From: Zootoca vivipara
Taxonomy: Eukaryota
Assembly: GCF_963506605.1 (NCBI RefSeq)
Contig: NC_083292.1
Span: forward strand, 15,004,001-15,068,000
Reading direction: 5' to 3'
Length of the DNA: 64,000 nt
The notes under the pieces are model-generated. The model was not told the DNA's origin, did not search any database, and saw nothing but the letters and a program-made list of their open reading frames with translations. Each line of letters starts with the position of its first letter. Position 1 is the first letter of the stretch. The position numbers and the translations under genes were made by a program. Positions 33,481 to 46,699 of the stretch are shown here, one piece after another.

Positions 33481-33826
33481 TAAAGGTAAAGGGACCCCTG
33501 ACCATTAGGTCCAGTCGTGACCGACTCGGGTTGCACGCTCATCTCGCATTATTGGCCAAGGGAGCCGGCGTATAGCTTCCAGGTCATGTGGCCAGCATGA
33601 CAAAGCCGCTTCTGGCAAACCAGAGCAGCACATGGAAACGCCGTTTACCTTCCTGCTGTAGTGTTTCCTATTCATCTACTTGCATTTTGACGTGCTTTCG
33701 AACTGCTAGGTGGGCAGGAGCTGGGACCAAGCAACGGGAGCTCACCCCATCAAAGGGATTCGAACCGCCAACCTTCTGATCAGCAAGCCCTAGGCTCAGT
33801 GGTTTAACCACAGCACCACCTGGGTC
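33481..33826 (-). mobile_element. Sauria SINE
   Basis: taaaggtaaagggacccc tail through to the ...cacctgggtc head. Confidence 0.87.
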
Positions 33827-34569
33827 AAGTCTCTGGATTTTAAGGCTCCTGAGCAGAGCAGTTTCAGGATCAAGTCCTTTGCAGGGGCAACGGAACCTCA
33901 TTTCAGTGGCAGAAAAAGTCGAGGCTTCTGGGTGGAGGCTCAGGCCCAAAGAAGGTTGGGCTCTTGCGTGGAGGTGGGTTGTAGGACAGGGCCCAAGAGG
34001 CTGTAATCCTGCCCTGGGGTAGGGGCAGCTCCTACGACAGGCATCCCCAAACTCGGCCCTCCATATGTTTTGGGGACTACAATTCCCATCGTCCCTGACC
34101 ACTGGTCCTGTTAGCTAGGGATGATGGGAGTTGTAGTGCCACAACATCTGGAGGGCTGAGTTTGGGGGTGCCAGTCCTACGAGGTGGTGTTTCTTCACTT
34201 GAGCCTAGGTGCCTTGAAGGTGGCACTTTTTTCATCTCTCAAACCTTGTTTGACTGCTATCCAGTCCCCTCTGGGTCCCTCCTGTGAACCTCTCCCCTCT
34301 TTCTTCTCTGGCAAAACAGGCTTGACATAGTCCTTGGCAATCCTCACTGCTTGGGGCGTGGATGGGTGGGAAGGAAGTAGGCCAAGGATCAAGGCCTCTT
34401 CCAATTGGCTCAGAGGAACAGCAGCTGCTGACGAGTTGGTCTGGCCAAGGTACAAGAGGCCCAGCAGCCGAGCCCAGATCTCCCAGGAGCGGGAAAGCAC
34501 TGTTTGCTCTCTCCTCCTCTTGCCAGCCGATTCCCTGCTCTGGTTGTTGTCGCTGCTGCTACTGCTAGG

Positions 34570-37118
34570 ATGGTGGTGGAGCTTTACCTCGACCTCGTCT
34601 CCCAACCCTGCCGGTCTGTCTTTATCTTTGCTAAGAAAAACAACATCCCCTTTGAGTTCAAGCATGTGGCTCTCATCCAAGGTGAGACTGGTGGGTGGGG
34701 CAGAGGGAGTTAGTCACAAGATCCAGGGTGCAGAGTCTTGAGTTGCAGGGGCTGGGTGGGGTGGGGGCTTATTTGATGGGTGGGGGGCTGGCTTGAGCAC
34801 CCTGTTTGACTCAGACAAGGATGGATTGAAAGAGGGGTCACTCTCAAATGGCAAACCAAGTTGGACTATGCAGAGATAGCAAAGCCGACTGGAAAACTCA
34901 GAAACCAAGAGGACAAAAACTTTTATAATAGCATGGGGGGAAATGATAAGTTATCTAGGAGACCACTGTAAGCAGATGGAAACAAGCTCTTGTCGTGTAA
35001 AAAACATGGATAATATGGTTCAATATAAAAACGAGTACAGACTAATATGCAGTTGTAGATGCTTAAAATAAAGACTCCATGGATGGGATGGGGGAAGTCA
35101 TAAGATTCAGAGAATCTCCACATATAGCATGACTTTATTGATGTGTGTTTATTTGTATTTTTTGTTTGTAAAATTAATAAAATTTAGGTGGGGGGAGAAA
35201 GAGGGTCACTCTCAAGTTGCCTGTTGACTCTCCTTGACTCAGGCCGTCTGAATGGCTTTGCAGACCTTGGAAGGGTTAAGGCAGGCATAGGCAACCTTGG
35301 CCCTCCAGATGTTTTGGGACTACAACTCCCATGATCCCTAGCTAACAGGACCAGTGATCAGGGATGATGGGAATTGTAGTCCGAAAACATCTGGAGGGCC
35401 ATGGTTGCCTATGCCCGGGTTAAGGGATCTCATTTGGAGCTTTGGGTTCCCTCGCAACTTGAGGATACCGCCGAAGAGGTCTTATTTCCTAACATTTAAA
35501 ATAGGCTTTCGCTCTTTCTAATAGTTTTGCTTTCAGGTCGTTGGGGCCTCTTGGTAAAGGGCGGGTAAGAATCGATTGTTTCCTAATAAAAGCAGCCGCG
35601 AATTTCATATTCGTGGCAACCAGGAAAGAACGGTGACTGTTGTGCAGGCATCCCCAAACTCGGCCCTCCAGATGTTTTGGGACTACAATTCCAATCATCC
35701 CTGACCACTGGTCCTGTTAGCTAGGGATGATGGGAATTGTAGTCCCAAAACATCTGGAGGGCTGAGTTTGGGGGTGCCTGCTGTTGTGGAATGATTAACT
35801 GGATCGCGAGGAGGCGGGGCGAGCTTTGCAAAAAGACCCCTGGCTTGTGCCAGTGTCTGCCAGGGCACGGCTCATTTCTCCCTAGCTTTTGACCAATCAG
35901 TGCAAAGCCGGAGCTGGCCAGACGCAGAAGAATTCACTCTTTGCTGACCTTTGGTATTGATGCAAGGCGGGCTTGTGTATCAGTGCCTGCCCACCCACCC
36001 CCCACCCCCAGGCATGCTTGGGGCAAATGCCCACCTGCTTCCATCCACTCCCGAGCAATTGGCTTGTTCTCTGCAGTGTTCCGATTCTACATCTTTTGTG
36101 AAAAAGATTTATTACCTACTACTTGGGAGAATGGCTGACAAGCACACAGCCCTTGCCCAGCTGCCCCCCCCCCCACCTCCCAACCAAAGCAATCCGGTAA
36201 AGAGGTAAGAGGGAGCATGAGTGGGGGGAGGGGTCAGGTGGGGGTGACCAGCACCCCCCACCTAGGGTGGGTCAAGTCCGGGTCCTGCGTCATGGTTCTC
36301 ATGAGTGAATAGCTGCCTCTTGATTCCTTTTGTCCATCTCTCCAGGGCAAAACAGGACGGAGGAGTTTGGCAAGGTGAATCTGCTGGGGAAAGTGCCTGC
36401 CTTGAAGGATGGCGACTTCACCTTGGCAGAGAGGTAAGTATCCACAGCACCGTTGCTTGGTGTGTCTGTGTTTGTGTTGGGGAGTCACCACACAGGCCCC
36501 CTGCAACTTCACTGTGTACCAGAGCCGGTTGGAAACCCATAAATCTCTGCTTTCCTCCCTTTGGGGTTTTGTGTTTTCATTTTCAAGGCCTTAACTAAGT
36601 TTATGTTGCAACCTTTCCTCACAGGGAATTCACTCCACCCCCTTGATAATTTTGGTTGCCTTTTTTCCTGGACTTTTTGTAATTCAACAGAACCCTTTTT
36701 GAACCAGAATTATCCACAATATTCCAGAAGTGGTCGCACCACAGATTTGTATAACAGCGTTATAATACCAGCAGGTTTATTCTCAATTCCTTTCCTAATG
36801 ATCGCTAATGTGGAATTTCCTTTTCTGACAGCTGCTGCACACTGGGACAGTGTCTAATTTTTTTTAAAAAAAAAATTATTGGATTTTACATAAAGAAAAA
36901 AGAAAGAAAAAAAACAAAAAAGAAAAGACAAAAGCTTTAGGGGGAAAAAATACAAAAGTATAAGCAATATCATCACATCTCATTTCTTCAATGTTCTTCA
37001 CTTATCCTTCTTACCATTCTTTTATAATTAACTCATAACATTTCCCAAATCTTAACTAAGCATCATAAAAATACATCCTAGCAATCTTAGCTATAAAAAA
37101 CCAGTAAAAAAAGATAAG

Positions 37119-37157
<39 letters not shown>

Positions 37158-38739
37158 TAAAAAAGGCATAGTCATATTTTTTCAATTCCAAATCTAAAAA
37201 ATTTCGGACTTCCTCATTCCCCCTTCTTGAGTTCTTTGTAATTCACTAATTATTGCAGTTTCCAACTCTAAAATTACATTCTTTTTTTCCAAATTTTAAC
37301 TTCTTTTAAACCATTGACCCTTCATACTATTCTTTACCTTTATTACCCAATATTCTCTACCCTTTTTACCCAAAAATATTCTAACTTAATTCTCAAATTC
37401 TTTTACCCCCTTTTTATTCCTACCCACAAACCTAAATCTGCCACCTTTCCTTGGAATCAGTGTCTCCAGAGATTTCAGCCAGCTCCTTAATACTTTCCGA
37501 GTTCAAACCAAATTTTATCAACCAATAAATTTTTTCACAATTCCCTCTCACCCCACTCCTGCTCTGTCCCAATCTAAATTTTGCTGAACCCTTCCCCCCC
37601 CTGATGTATTCCCAACACTTTATTTCCAATCTCATTCTCCTTCTGCCCCCCTCGTACTTTCTTCCCCCCCTCTCTCACTGGGGTGGCAACCTTTTTATTT
37701 TCCCCCTTTTTAAAGGGCTTTTGGATCACAACTCTTCCCTGTTTCACCCCTCCCACTGGTGAAACAGTGGTTTCTTCTTCATCTCTTCCCTGTTCCACCT
37801 CTCGGGACAGTGTCTAAATTTATTATTATTATTATTATTATTATTACTACTACTACTACTACTTATATGCTGCCCATCTGACTGGGTTGCCCCAGGTCCC
37901 AACAAAATATTAAAACACGATAAACCATTACGATCGTACCTCGGCCCCCAAACGCCTTGGGAGACAAACGTTCCGGCTCCCGGACGATTGAAAACCGAAA
38001 GTAAGTGTTCTGGTTTTCGAACTTTTTTTGGAAGCTGAATGTCCAGCATGGCTTCCGCTATTGTTTCCAGCACACCTGCGCAATTGGAAACCAATAGGAA
38101 GCCGCGCCTTGGTTTCCAAATGTTTCAGAAGTCAAACAGACTTGCGGAATGGATTCTTTTCGACTTCCTAGATATGATTGTACAATAAAAAAACTTCCCT
38201 GAAGGGCTGCCTTCAGATGTCTTCTAAGACTAAGTCAAATAGTTGTTTATCTGTTTGACATCTCACAGGAGGGTGTTCCACAGGGCAGGCGCTACTACGA
38301 AGCACGTCTTCATCAAGCTCTTCCCTATGACCACAAGGCCTTGTTCCTGGTCAGTCACTGCCAGTCCTATAAGCATCTATGTGTAATTAGAAGAAGAAGA
38401 AGAAAAACGCCCCAACTTGTTTGCATCCGGCTGCATCCGTTGTTATTCACCATTGTTGCCTGCTGCTCTGAGGGCCTTCTGGCGGTTCCCTCGTTGCGAG
38501 AAGCCAAGTTGCAGGGAACTAGGCAGAGGGCCTTCTCGGTGGTGGCGCCCGCCCTGTGGAACGCCCTCCCAACAGATGTCAAAGAGGAAAACAACTACCA
38601 GACTTTTAGAAGACATCTGAAGGCAGCCCTGTTCAGAGAGGCTTTTAATGTTTAATAGATTACTGTGTTTTATTTTTCTGTTGGAAGCCGCCCAGAATGG
38701 CTGGGGAAACCCAGCCAGATGGGTGGGGTATAAATAATA

Positions 38740-38793
<54 letters not shown>

Positions 38794-41700
38794 CTCTCTC
38801 CTTTTTTTTACCCAAATAGCATTGCCATCCTCTTGTACCTAGCAAGGAAATTCAAGACCCCTGACCACTGGTACCCCTCGGACCTGCAGAAGCGAGCCCG
38901 CGTGGACGAATATCTGTCTTGGCAACACACGACCACGCGAATGTATGGCACCAAAGTGTACCTGGCAAAGGTAAGGGCCGGAGCTGCCTCTTGGCCCAGC
39001 TGACAGTTTACAGAGGAGAAGTCTCTGCTGCAACAAGGGGTCAGGGGCTGGGCTTAGTTTTGTGGCCTGTGAATGTATATCTGTTAGGGAGACCCTGCCC
39101 GCCCACGAGAGATGAAATGCTGGCAGCTGCCATCATTTTTCCTTCCTTCCTCTCACACGGCGATAAGAGGTGAAGAGCCATAATACCTAGAACGTCTCGG
39201 GTGTCAATTCCCCCTTGCCCCCTTCTCTGCATAGGCTTTGCTGCCTCTCTTCCTGGGACATCCTGCCCCTTCCGAAAAGCTTGAAGAAGCCCTCGAGAGT
39301 CTGAAAGAGACCCTGAAGCTGTTTGAGGAGAAGTTCCTCCAGGACAAGCCCTTCATTGCTGGCACAGAAATCTCCTTGGCAGACTTGGTGGCCATTGTAG
39401 AAATCATGCAGGTGAGTGATGGGAGATGATGAGGTCCAGGGGCCTCTGGGAGGAAATGGCCTTTGGCTCCTGGCGAGGCTGAGGCACCTCGTCACTTCCT
39501 GCTACTAGCCAGAGCCAGGTGGGATCACCACATCTCAAAAAGGAGAGGTCAGAGCTGCAAAGTGGCAGCCCAGGCGACCAGGTGGCTGAAGCATCTTTCT
39601 CCTTCCCTCTTTCTTTCTCNNNNNNNNNNNNNNNNNNNNNNNNNNNNNNNNNNNNNNNNNNNNNNNNNNNNNNNNNNNNNNNNNNNNNNNNNNNNNNNNN
39701 NNNNNNNNNNNNNNNNNNNNNNNNNNNNNNNNNNNNNNNNNNNNNNNNNNNNNNNNNACAATGCCAGTCACGACAGAGGTGTACAAAATTAGGTCTGTTG
39801 ACACAGCCTTGCTGTGAATATTTTGCTTTGTGGCAGGTGTTTAGGGCAGGCACCCCCAAACTGCGGCCCTCCAGATGTTTTGGCCTACAACTCCCATGAT
39901 CCTTAGTTAACAGGACCAGTGGTCGGGGAAGATGGGAACTGTAGTCCAAAACATCTGGAGGGCCGAAGTTTGGGGATGCCTGGTTTAGAGCCTCAAAATA
40001 TAAACTGCAAGAGAGACAGATGGGGATTTAACATTTATTCTGGAGAGAATGAACAACCAACATCTTGGTGAATGCAGTTCATGGACTGTTTCGCTCAGAA
40101 ACCTTGAAATAACAGGTCTCTTGTTTCCTAACCTCAGAGACCCCAACTGAGACTCTGCCTGGGTGGCCCCTAGACCCACCTATTTCTTCCCCAGCATCCC
40201 AGTAGACCCTCCCCTCCCTCTCACTCCCACATTCCCTCCTCTACTCAATCCCACCACCAATCCAGTCACACTCCAGAACAGGAAGTGTGGGAAGAGAGAA
40301 GCGGAAGATTTTCTCTCTTTTGGAACACTAGAACTGGGGTCCTCTGGAGGTGAGGAGAGCCTGGCTGTTGGGTCATGCCAAAGGCTAGTCTAATTAAGGT
40401 TTTCCCACAGTGGCTGGCCAGAAGCAGGGGCTGGGTGCCACAGAGGTGCTACCCCACTCATGATGTATATCCTTCAGCATCTCGCTGATCAAAACTGAGA
40501 CGCTCATTTTTTTGGTGCTGAGCTCTCGCTGGAACCAGCTGACTCATGCAAGAGTTTTGTCTGGTGCTCTTAACATTAGGAAGAACTTCCTGACAGTAAG
40601 AGCTGTTCGACAGTGGAATTTGCTGCTAAGAAGTGTGGTGGCGTCTCCTTCTTTGGAGGTCTTTAAGCAGAGGTTTGACAGACATATGTCAAGAATGCTT
40701 TGATGGTGTTTCCTGCTTGGCAGGGGGTTGGACTGGATGGCCCTTGTGGTCTCTTCCAACTCTATGATTCTATGATTCTTGCACGGGCCAAATGACTAGC
40801 ATGAGAGCAAAAAGCCATCGTATTTTCATCAAGCGCTCTGGCATGAGCCAGCTGATTTGTGCCACAGCACAAGACGAAAAAGGGACATTCCAAGATCTCT
40901 AATCAGAAGCCGGGATGTCCCACTCAAATTGGGACGGTTAATGGGTATGGTGATGATAACTGTGGGGCAGATTTCCCTGTGCATTTGGCAAAGATGTTGT
41001 TGTTGTTTAGTCGTTTAGTCGTGTCCGACTCTTCGTGACCCCATAGACCATAGCACGCCAGGCGCTCCTGTCTTGCACTGCCTCCTGCAGTTTGGTCAAA
41101 CTCATGTTGGTAGCTTCGAGAACACTGTCCAACCATCTCGTCCTCTGCCGTCCCCTTCTCCTAGTGCCCTCCATCTTTCCCAACATCAGGGTCTTTTCCA
41201 GGGAGTCTTCTCTTCTCAGGAGGTGGCCAAAGTATTGGAGCCTCAGCTTCAGGATCTGTCCTTCCAGTGAGCACTCAGGGTTGATTTCCTTCAGAATGGA
41301 TAGGTTTGATCTTCTTGCAGTCCGTGGGACTCTCAAGAGTCTCCTCCAGCACCATAATTCAAAAGCATCAATTCTTCGGCGATCGGCCTTCTTTATGGTC
41401 CAGCTCTCACTTCCATACATCACTACTGGGAAAACCATAGCTTTAACTATACGGACCTTTGTCGGCAAGGTGATGTGTCTGCTTTTTAAGATGCTGTCTA
41501 GGGTTGTCATTGCTTTTCTTCCAAGAAGCAGTTTTGTGACTCCTGTCACCATCTGCAGTGATCATGGAACCGAAGAAAGTAAAATCTCTCACTGCCTCCA
41601 TTTCCTCCCCTTCTATTCGCCAGGAGGTGATGGGACCAGTGGCCATGATCTTAGGGTTTTTTTTTTTTTTTTTGGCCAAGATAGCTTTTCTCAAAATGCA

Positions 41701-43093
41701 TGCAGAATAAGCTCAGACACCTGATTCCCTCCCACCTACCCCCGACAGAAAAACAATGCAGGCATATGGTGTCTCTTCTTGCCAAACAAATGAAAGCTTG
41801 GGAACATTTCTCCTGGCCTTGCTTAAAAAGAAACAGCGTAGCACGTTTGCAAGTTCGTTCTTCTCCCAGATTCTTTCTTTCCAGCTAAGCAACTCAGGGC
41901 TCCCAGGAGTTATTTTCAGCCTCTTAATCCTGAATCCCAAGTCTTTTTTTATTTTTTATTTTTAAAGTGTCAACATCACACTTTACTTCAAAGGCATATA
42001 GCAGGAAGTAGAAATCAATTAGCAATCCAGTTGTTAGTAATGCTAGCCAGGCAGGCTTTCCAAAATAACTATTGTTTGTTTGTATAACACATACTCATTA
42101 TCTTTTCTAAGTGGTGTTTGTAAAAATGGACCATACAGATAATTGCATTTTCCACTGATGGTTCCTCTAAGCATTCTGCTCTAAGGATAAAAATCTGGGG
42201 AGCCGGGCTCCTCACAGACTGTGAAGACTTCGGTCATGATTTTTACCTTATCTGTTTCTGCATGGGCGGAATTATTATTATTATTTATTGAATTTATATA
42301 CCGCCCTATGCCCGGGGGTCTCAGGGCAGTTCACCGAATACAGTCAAGATATAAAACCACAAAATACATAATAAAAATAAAAACAACAACCCAATAGTCC
42401 CAACACACACACACAAAAAAAACATTTGAAAAGGGCATAGGATGTCAATCAGGTCAAGCGAAGGCCTGGTTAAAAAGGAACATTTTTGCCTGGCGCCTAA
42501 AGGTATATAATGAAGTGTTCTCCCTGGGGAGAGCATTCCACAGACAGGGAGCCACTGCAGAGAAGCCCGTTCTCATGTTGCCACCCTCCGGACCTCTCAA
42601 GGAGGCGGCACACAAAGGAGGGCCTCAGAAGATGATCTCAGGGTCCAGGTAGGGTCATATGGAAAAGAGGCGGTCCTTGAGGAATCCAGAGCATTGATTG
42701 GCTGACGAGACTGACGGCATTTTATTTCCACGCGTACAAGCAAATCCTTGATCATTCTTCCCCTTGATAATTCTCTCTGCCCCTTTATCGCTCTTTAGAC
42801 TCCCGGCATTGAATGGTGGCAGCCCTCTTGGGCAGGTGATGGGGCTGCATCCGCGCCAAATCAGCACCCGCTCACTCTCCTTCTCTTTGCAGCCTGTAAG
42901 CGCCGGCTATGATGTCTTTGAAGGTAGACCCAAGCTGGCCTCCTGGCGCTCCAGAGTGGAAGAAGCCGTGGGGAAGGATCTCTTTGCCGAGGCCCACGAG
43001 GATATTCGCAAAGCCAAGGATGTGACGGAGGATCAACTCCCTCCTGAAATGAGGGAACAAATCAAGCAGCACTTGCTGAAGTATCTGAAGTGA
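34570..43093 (+). CDS. Glutathione S-transferase theta paralogue A, 242 aa; exons 34570-34681, 36346-36433, 38820-38970, 39235-39411, 42893-43093
   Basis: [29 protein letters not shown]...KVPALKDGDFTLAESIAILLYL...[15 protein letters not shown]...; theta exon sizes 112/88/151/177; AATAAA at 43121-43126. Intron 4 spans an N gap. Confidence 0.94.
38465..38793 (+). mobile_element. L2 LINE 3' end with (TTA)n tail next to the GSTT-A exon 3 acceptor
   Basis: [32 protein letters not shown]...FREAFNV; same 3' UTR as the other copies. Further L2 ends lie at ~2895-3140, 11340-11810, 28871-29017, 31241-32060, 37821-38300, 42271-42682, 46651-46845, 47135-47452 and 58893-59095. Confidence 0.88.
39620..39757. 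other. Assembly gap (138 N)
   Basis: Run of n inside GSTT-A intron 4. Confidence 1.
40570..40780 (+). mobile_element. CR1 LINE 3' fragment
   Basis: LNIRKNFLTVRAVRQWN...PSLEVFKQR; (ATTCTATG)n tail. Confidence 0.88.
40995..41650 (-). mobile_element. Bov-B (RTE) LINE 3' fragment
   Basis: KIMATGPITSW...LLGRKAMT.LDSILKSR.ITLPTKVRIVKAMVFPVVMYG.ESWTIKKA; (CAA)n tail. Confidence 0.92.
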
Positions 43094-43326
43094 ACCCAAT
43101 TGGGGGGCAGAGTCCCTCTCAATAAAGCGCCAGAACCAACCAAAACGTTTTGGTCTCTTCAAATATAATTGGAGCAGCAACACTCCCACCCTCCACCCCC
43201 CGTGCCACTTCTCCTTATTGTCATCTCTGGGGCTCAGGGCTGGTCACCAGGAGAAGAATTCAGGCCGTAAAGCAGAGGGTGTAGACAATGTAAACGAAGT
43301 ATCAAAGTGGTGATAATACAGTAATA

Positions 43327-43622
43327 CAGTGGTGCCTCGACTTACGAACTTAATCCGTTCCGAAGGCACCTTCGTAGGTCGAAAAATTCGTGAGTCCAAA
43401 AGCGCCATTGGAAACGCGATTTCCCATAGGAATGCATGGGAAACGGAAAAATTCGTAAGTCGAAGCAACCCCATCTAAAAATCCGCAAGTCGAAAAAACA
43501 CTCTCTAAAACCGCCGCGGTTTCCGTTCGGATGTCGAAAAAATCATAAGCGTGCAGCCATTTGCCCCATTCGTAAGTTGAAAAATTCGGTTGTCGAGTCG
43601 TTTGTAAGTCGAGGTACCACTG
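43327..43622. mobile_element. Tc1/mariner (Tigger-like) MITE; relatives ~12330-12440, 26689-26930, 37930-38180, 55822-56327, 62043-62268
   Basis: TA-CAGTGGT(G/A)CCTCGACTTAC...GTAAGTCGAGGTACCACTG-TA; TA target duplication. Confidence 0.85.
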
Positions 43623-43629
43623 TAAAGCA

Positions 43630-44377
43630 ATAAACCAAAACGAACCACCACAAACTGGCTAATAAATATAAAAGGGAATTTAATGGGATAATAACTGGAC
43701 TAAAGATAGACTAATGACCATTCAAACAAACAAAAACATGTTACAATGCAGTGGCACCCGTTTCGGGGGGGTGGCGCGCCTCCTGGAGGGGCGCACATTC
43801 TGGGGGCGGAGCATGCATTTTGGGGGCGGGGCGGGCCCTTGGAGCCCGCCACTCGGGGCGGCCCGCCCCGCCCGCCCCTATCTTCCTACGCCCCTGTTAC
43901 AATGCCATGTGCAGATCAATATTAGTTCTGCCAAAAACATGGAATGGATTATATGCTCAGTGAACGTTTTAACATTTTAAAATCTGAATAAATGAACAAG
44001 GGTCAACAAGTGGGTAAGGTCCATGCCTTGAACAGCAACCGGGTGCCAATAGATAGGTGTTCAAGATAGTTTGTAAAAACTGGATTGGATAGAAAATTCT
44101 TAAGTTGGCCACCACCCTGGTGAAGTTAACTTTCTGTTGGCATCAGGTTGCTGTTCAATGCGCGGACCTTACCCACTTGTTGAATGGTACATTTATTCAG
44201 ACTGAGCATATAATTCATTCCATGTTTTTGGCAGAACTGGTATTGACCTTCACATGGCATTGTAACATGTTTTTGTTTGTTTGAATGCTCATTAGTCTAT
44301 CTTTAGTCCAGTTATTATCCCAGTAAATTCCCTTTTATATTTATTTAGCCAGTTTGTGGTGGTTTGCTTTGGTTTAT
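43630..44377. repeat. Long AT-rich inverted repeat (foldback), arms ~250 bp
   Basis: 43630-44050 (minus the hAT insert) is the reverse complement of ~44135-44377. Confidence 0.85.
43749..43896. mobile_element. GC-rich hAT MITE
   Basis: CAGTGGC...GCCCCTG termini; TSD TTACAATG. Confidence 0.8.
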
Positions 44378-44785
44378 CGTAAAGCAGAGGGGCCTGGGGG
44401 GACGGGGGACGGGAACCTTTCGGTCCAATCTCGGAAAGCCTTGTGCCTTGGCTCCTTTTCTGGACAACTTCTGGGCAAAAGGAGCCACCCTTCTAGAAAT
44501 TCTGCCCATTCTCCCATGTCTAGAGCGAGTTGTGGTTCTTCCTGAATCAAAGCACTGCATCCATTCCAAAGTCCTAACTGGGAGGGGCCAGTTGAGGGTT
44601 GGGAGGATCCATCCTGTCCCTCTTTGTGTGTCTTTCCATCTGTGTGAAGAAGACCTTTAGGTCGGTGGACTAGGGAGAAGGTCAAAGAGGACTTCACTTG
44701 CTTTACTCTCATTTCCCCACATTGACTGGGGCAAGGAACCTTAGGACAGAGGAAGTCCTCTGTGTGCTGCTTCACCTTTTGTGTC

Positions 44786-45062
44786 ATAGAATCATAGAGT
44801 TGGAAGAGACCACAAGGGCCATCCAGTCCCACCCCCTGCCAAGCAGGAAACACCATCAAAGCATTCTTGACATATGCCTGTCAAGCCTCTGCTTAAAGAC
44901 CTCCAAAGGAGGAGGCTCCACCACACTCCTTGGCAGCAAATTCCACTGCCGAACAGCTCTTACTGTCAGGAAGTTCTTCCTAATGTTTAGGTGGAATCTT
45001 CTTTCTTGTAGTTTGAATCCATTGCTCCGTGTCCGCTTCTCTGGAGCGGCAGAAAACAACCT
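44786..45062 (-). mobile_element. CR1 LINE 3' fragment
   Basis: RTRSNGFKLQERRFHLNIRKNFLTVRAVRQWN; catagaatcataga tail. Confidence 0.88.
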
Positions 45063-46195
45063 GTCTTTCACCCTTGGATCCTTTTTTGTAGACCTGTCCC
45101 CCCCCCTCCCTGTAACAAGGGGGTGGGACTAGAACTTACCTTGGCCCCCCACCTAAGGAACAGCCTCAACTACCATGTTGTTAAAACTGCTAGCCACTAC
45201 CCAATGATCCTTCTGCAAGGCCCGATCCCAACAGCTATTTGCAGGGGGTTGGGGTAGAGCAAAGAGGGGCAGGATCCTGGTGCTGCTCATCCATCTCCTT
45301 CAGGGGCCTGATCCAATAAAGAGAGGGGGTTAATTTGGTGCCTCCAGCTGCTCTGGGTGGGCAAGATCATAGTCTTGCCGGGGGGGGGGCTTCTCCATAA
45401 TGTTGAGAAGTATGCAAATACAACCATTACTGGAAGGAAGAGATGGGTCTGTATCAGGAACGGGGCTTTTTAACTTGATCCTAAATGATTGGGAGTTGGG
45501 AGCATGAGCATGCAGTGAGGCAGCCATGCCTGGGAATGACACCATTGATTCAGGGTGGGGGGAAACCCAAGCGAGACAGCAAAGATATCGCAGCAGATTC
45601 ATCCAAGCAGCATCAGTGGGCAGCAAAAACAGCTGATGAGGGTCAACTGAAGTGTCAGCTGATACAAGTTGGGGCAGAAACATCCCCACTTCATTCCTCT
45701 CCACAGTGAAGTCGGCAAGTACCTGGGGAAAGAGGCCTTGGGCTCAGCAAAAATGTTGAGCCAAGGGTGCGGCAGCTCCAGAAAAAAAAGGTGAATTCCA
45801 GACGAGTGATGGAAAACAAAGCTGTCCGTACTGCAATGTCGATTCAGTTCTGTGATGCAACCACATTTGGAATCCTGGGAACAACCCTGGTCTCCCCACT
45901 TCCCAAAGGGTATTGCAGAGTTAGGAAGGGTTGCACAAAAGAACTGCCAAGATGATTCGGCGGGGGGGGGGGGGAGGAAGTCCCCTGTGAGGAAAGATCA
46001 CAACAGTTGGGGCTTCTTTATTTAGAAGAAAACATGAGTGGCAGTGAATGGGAAATGTGATGGAGGCTTAGGAAATTGTACACGAGATGGAGAAAATGTT
46101 GTTCTCTCATCCAGTGAAACCGATTGGCGGTAGTTCCAAGGCAAAGAATGGTCTGGTGTTTTATGGGTTTCATTCCTACACGAGTTGGCCAAGCT

Positions 46196-46365
46196 TAAAG
46201 GTAAAGGGACCCCTGACCATTAGGTCCAGTCATGACCGACTGTGGCGTTGCGGCACTCATCTCGTGTTATTGGCCGAGGGAGCCGGCATACAGCTTCCAG
46301 GTCATGTGGCCAGCATGACAAAGCTGCTTCTGGCGAACCAGAGCAGCACACGGAAACGCCGTTTA
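46196..46365 (-). mobile_element. Sauria SINE, 3' part
   Basis: Same tail and body, truncated. Confidence 0.8.
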
Positions 46366-46648
46366 GCTGTAGACAGCCTTAAAAAGGCAATCAGACAAAT
46401 TAAATAGCCGAGGTGGAGGAGAAGTCGCTGTTATTAATCACGATGGTCAAGTTGAGCTCCCTTGCTTTGGGGGTTTGCCGAAAGCATCTGGTCAACCACG
46501 GTGGGAAGCCAGATCCTGTATCTAATGTTATAATGGGGCACTCCTTGCTCCCCGAAGATCCAAAAGGACCTTCTTTCCTAGACATGTTGCCACCATGTGA
46601 CACTTGTAAGCCCTGGACAGCCCACTTAGAAAAGAGTCAGGCAGTCAT

Positions 46649-46699
<51 letters not shown>

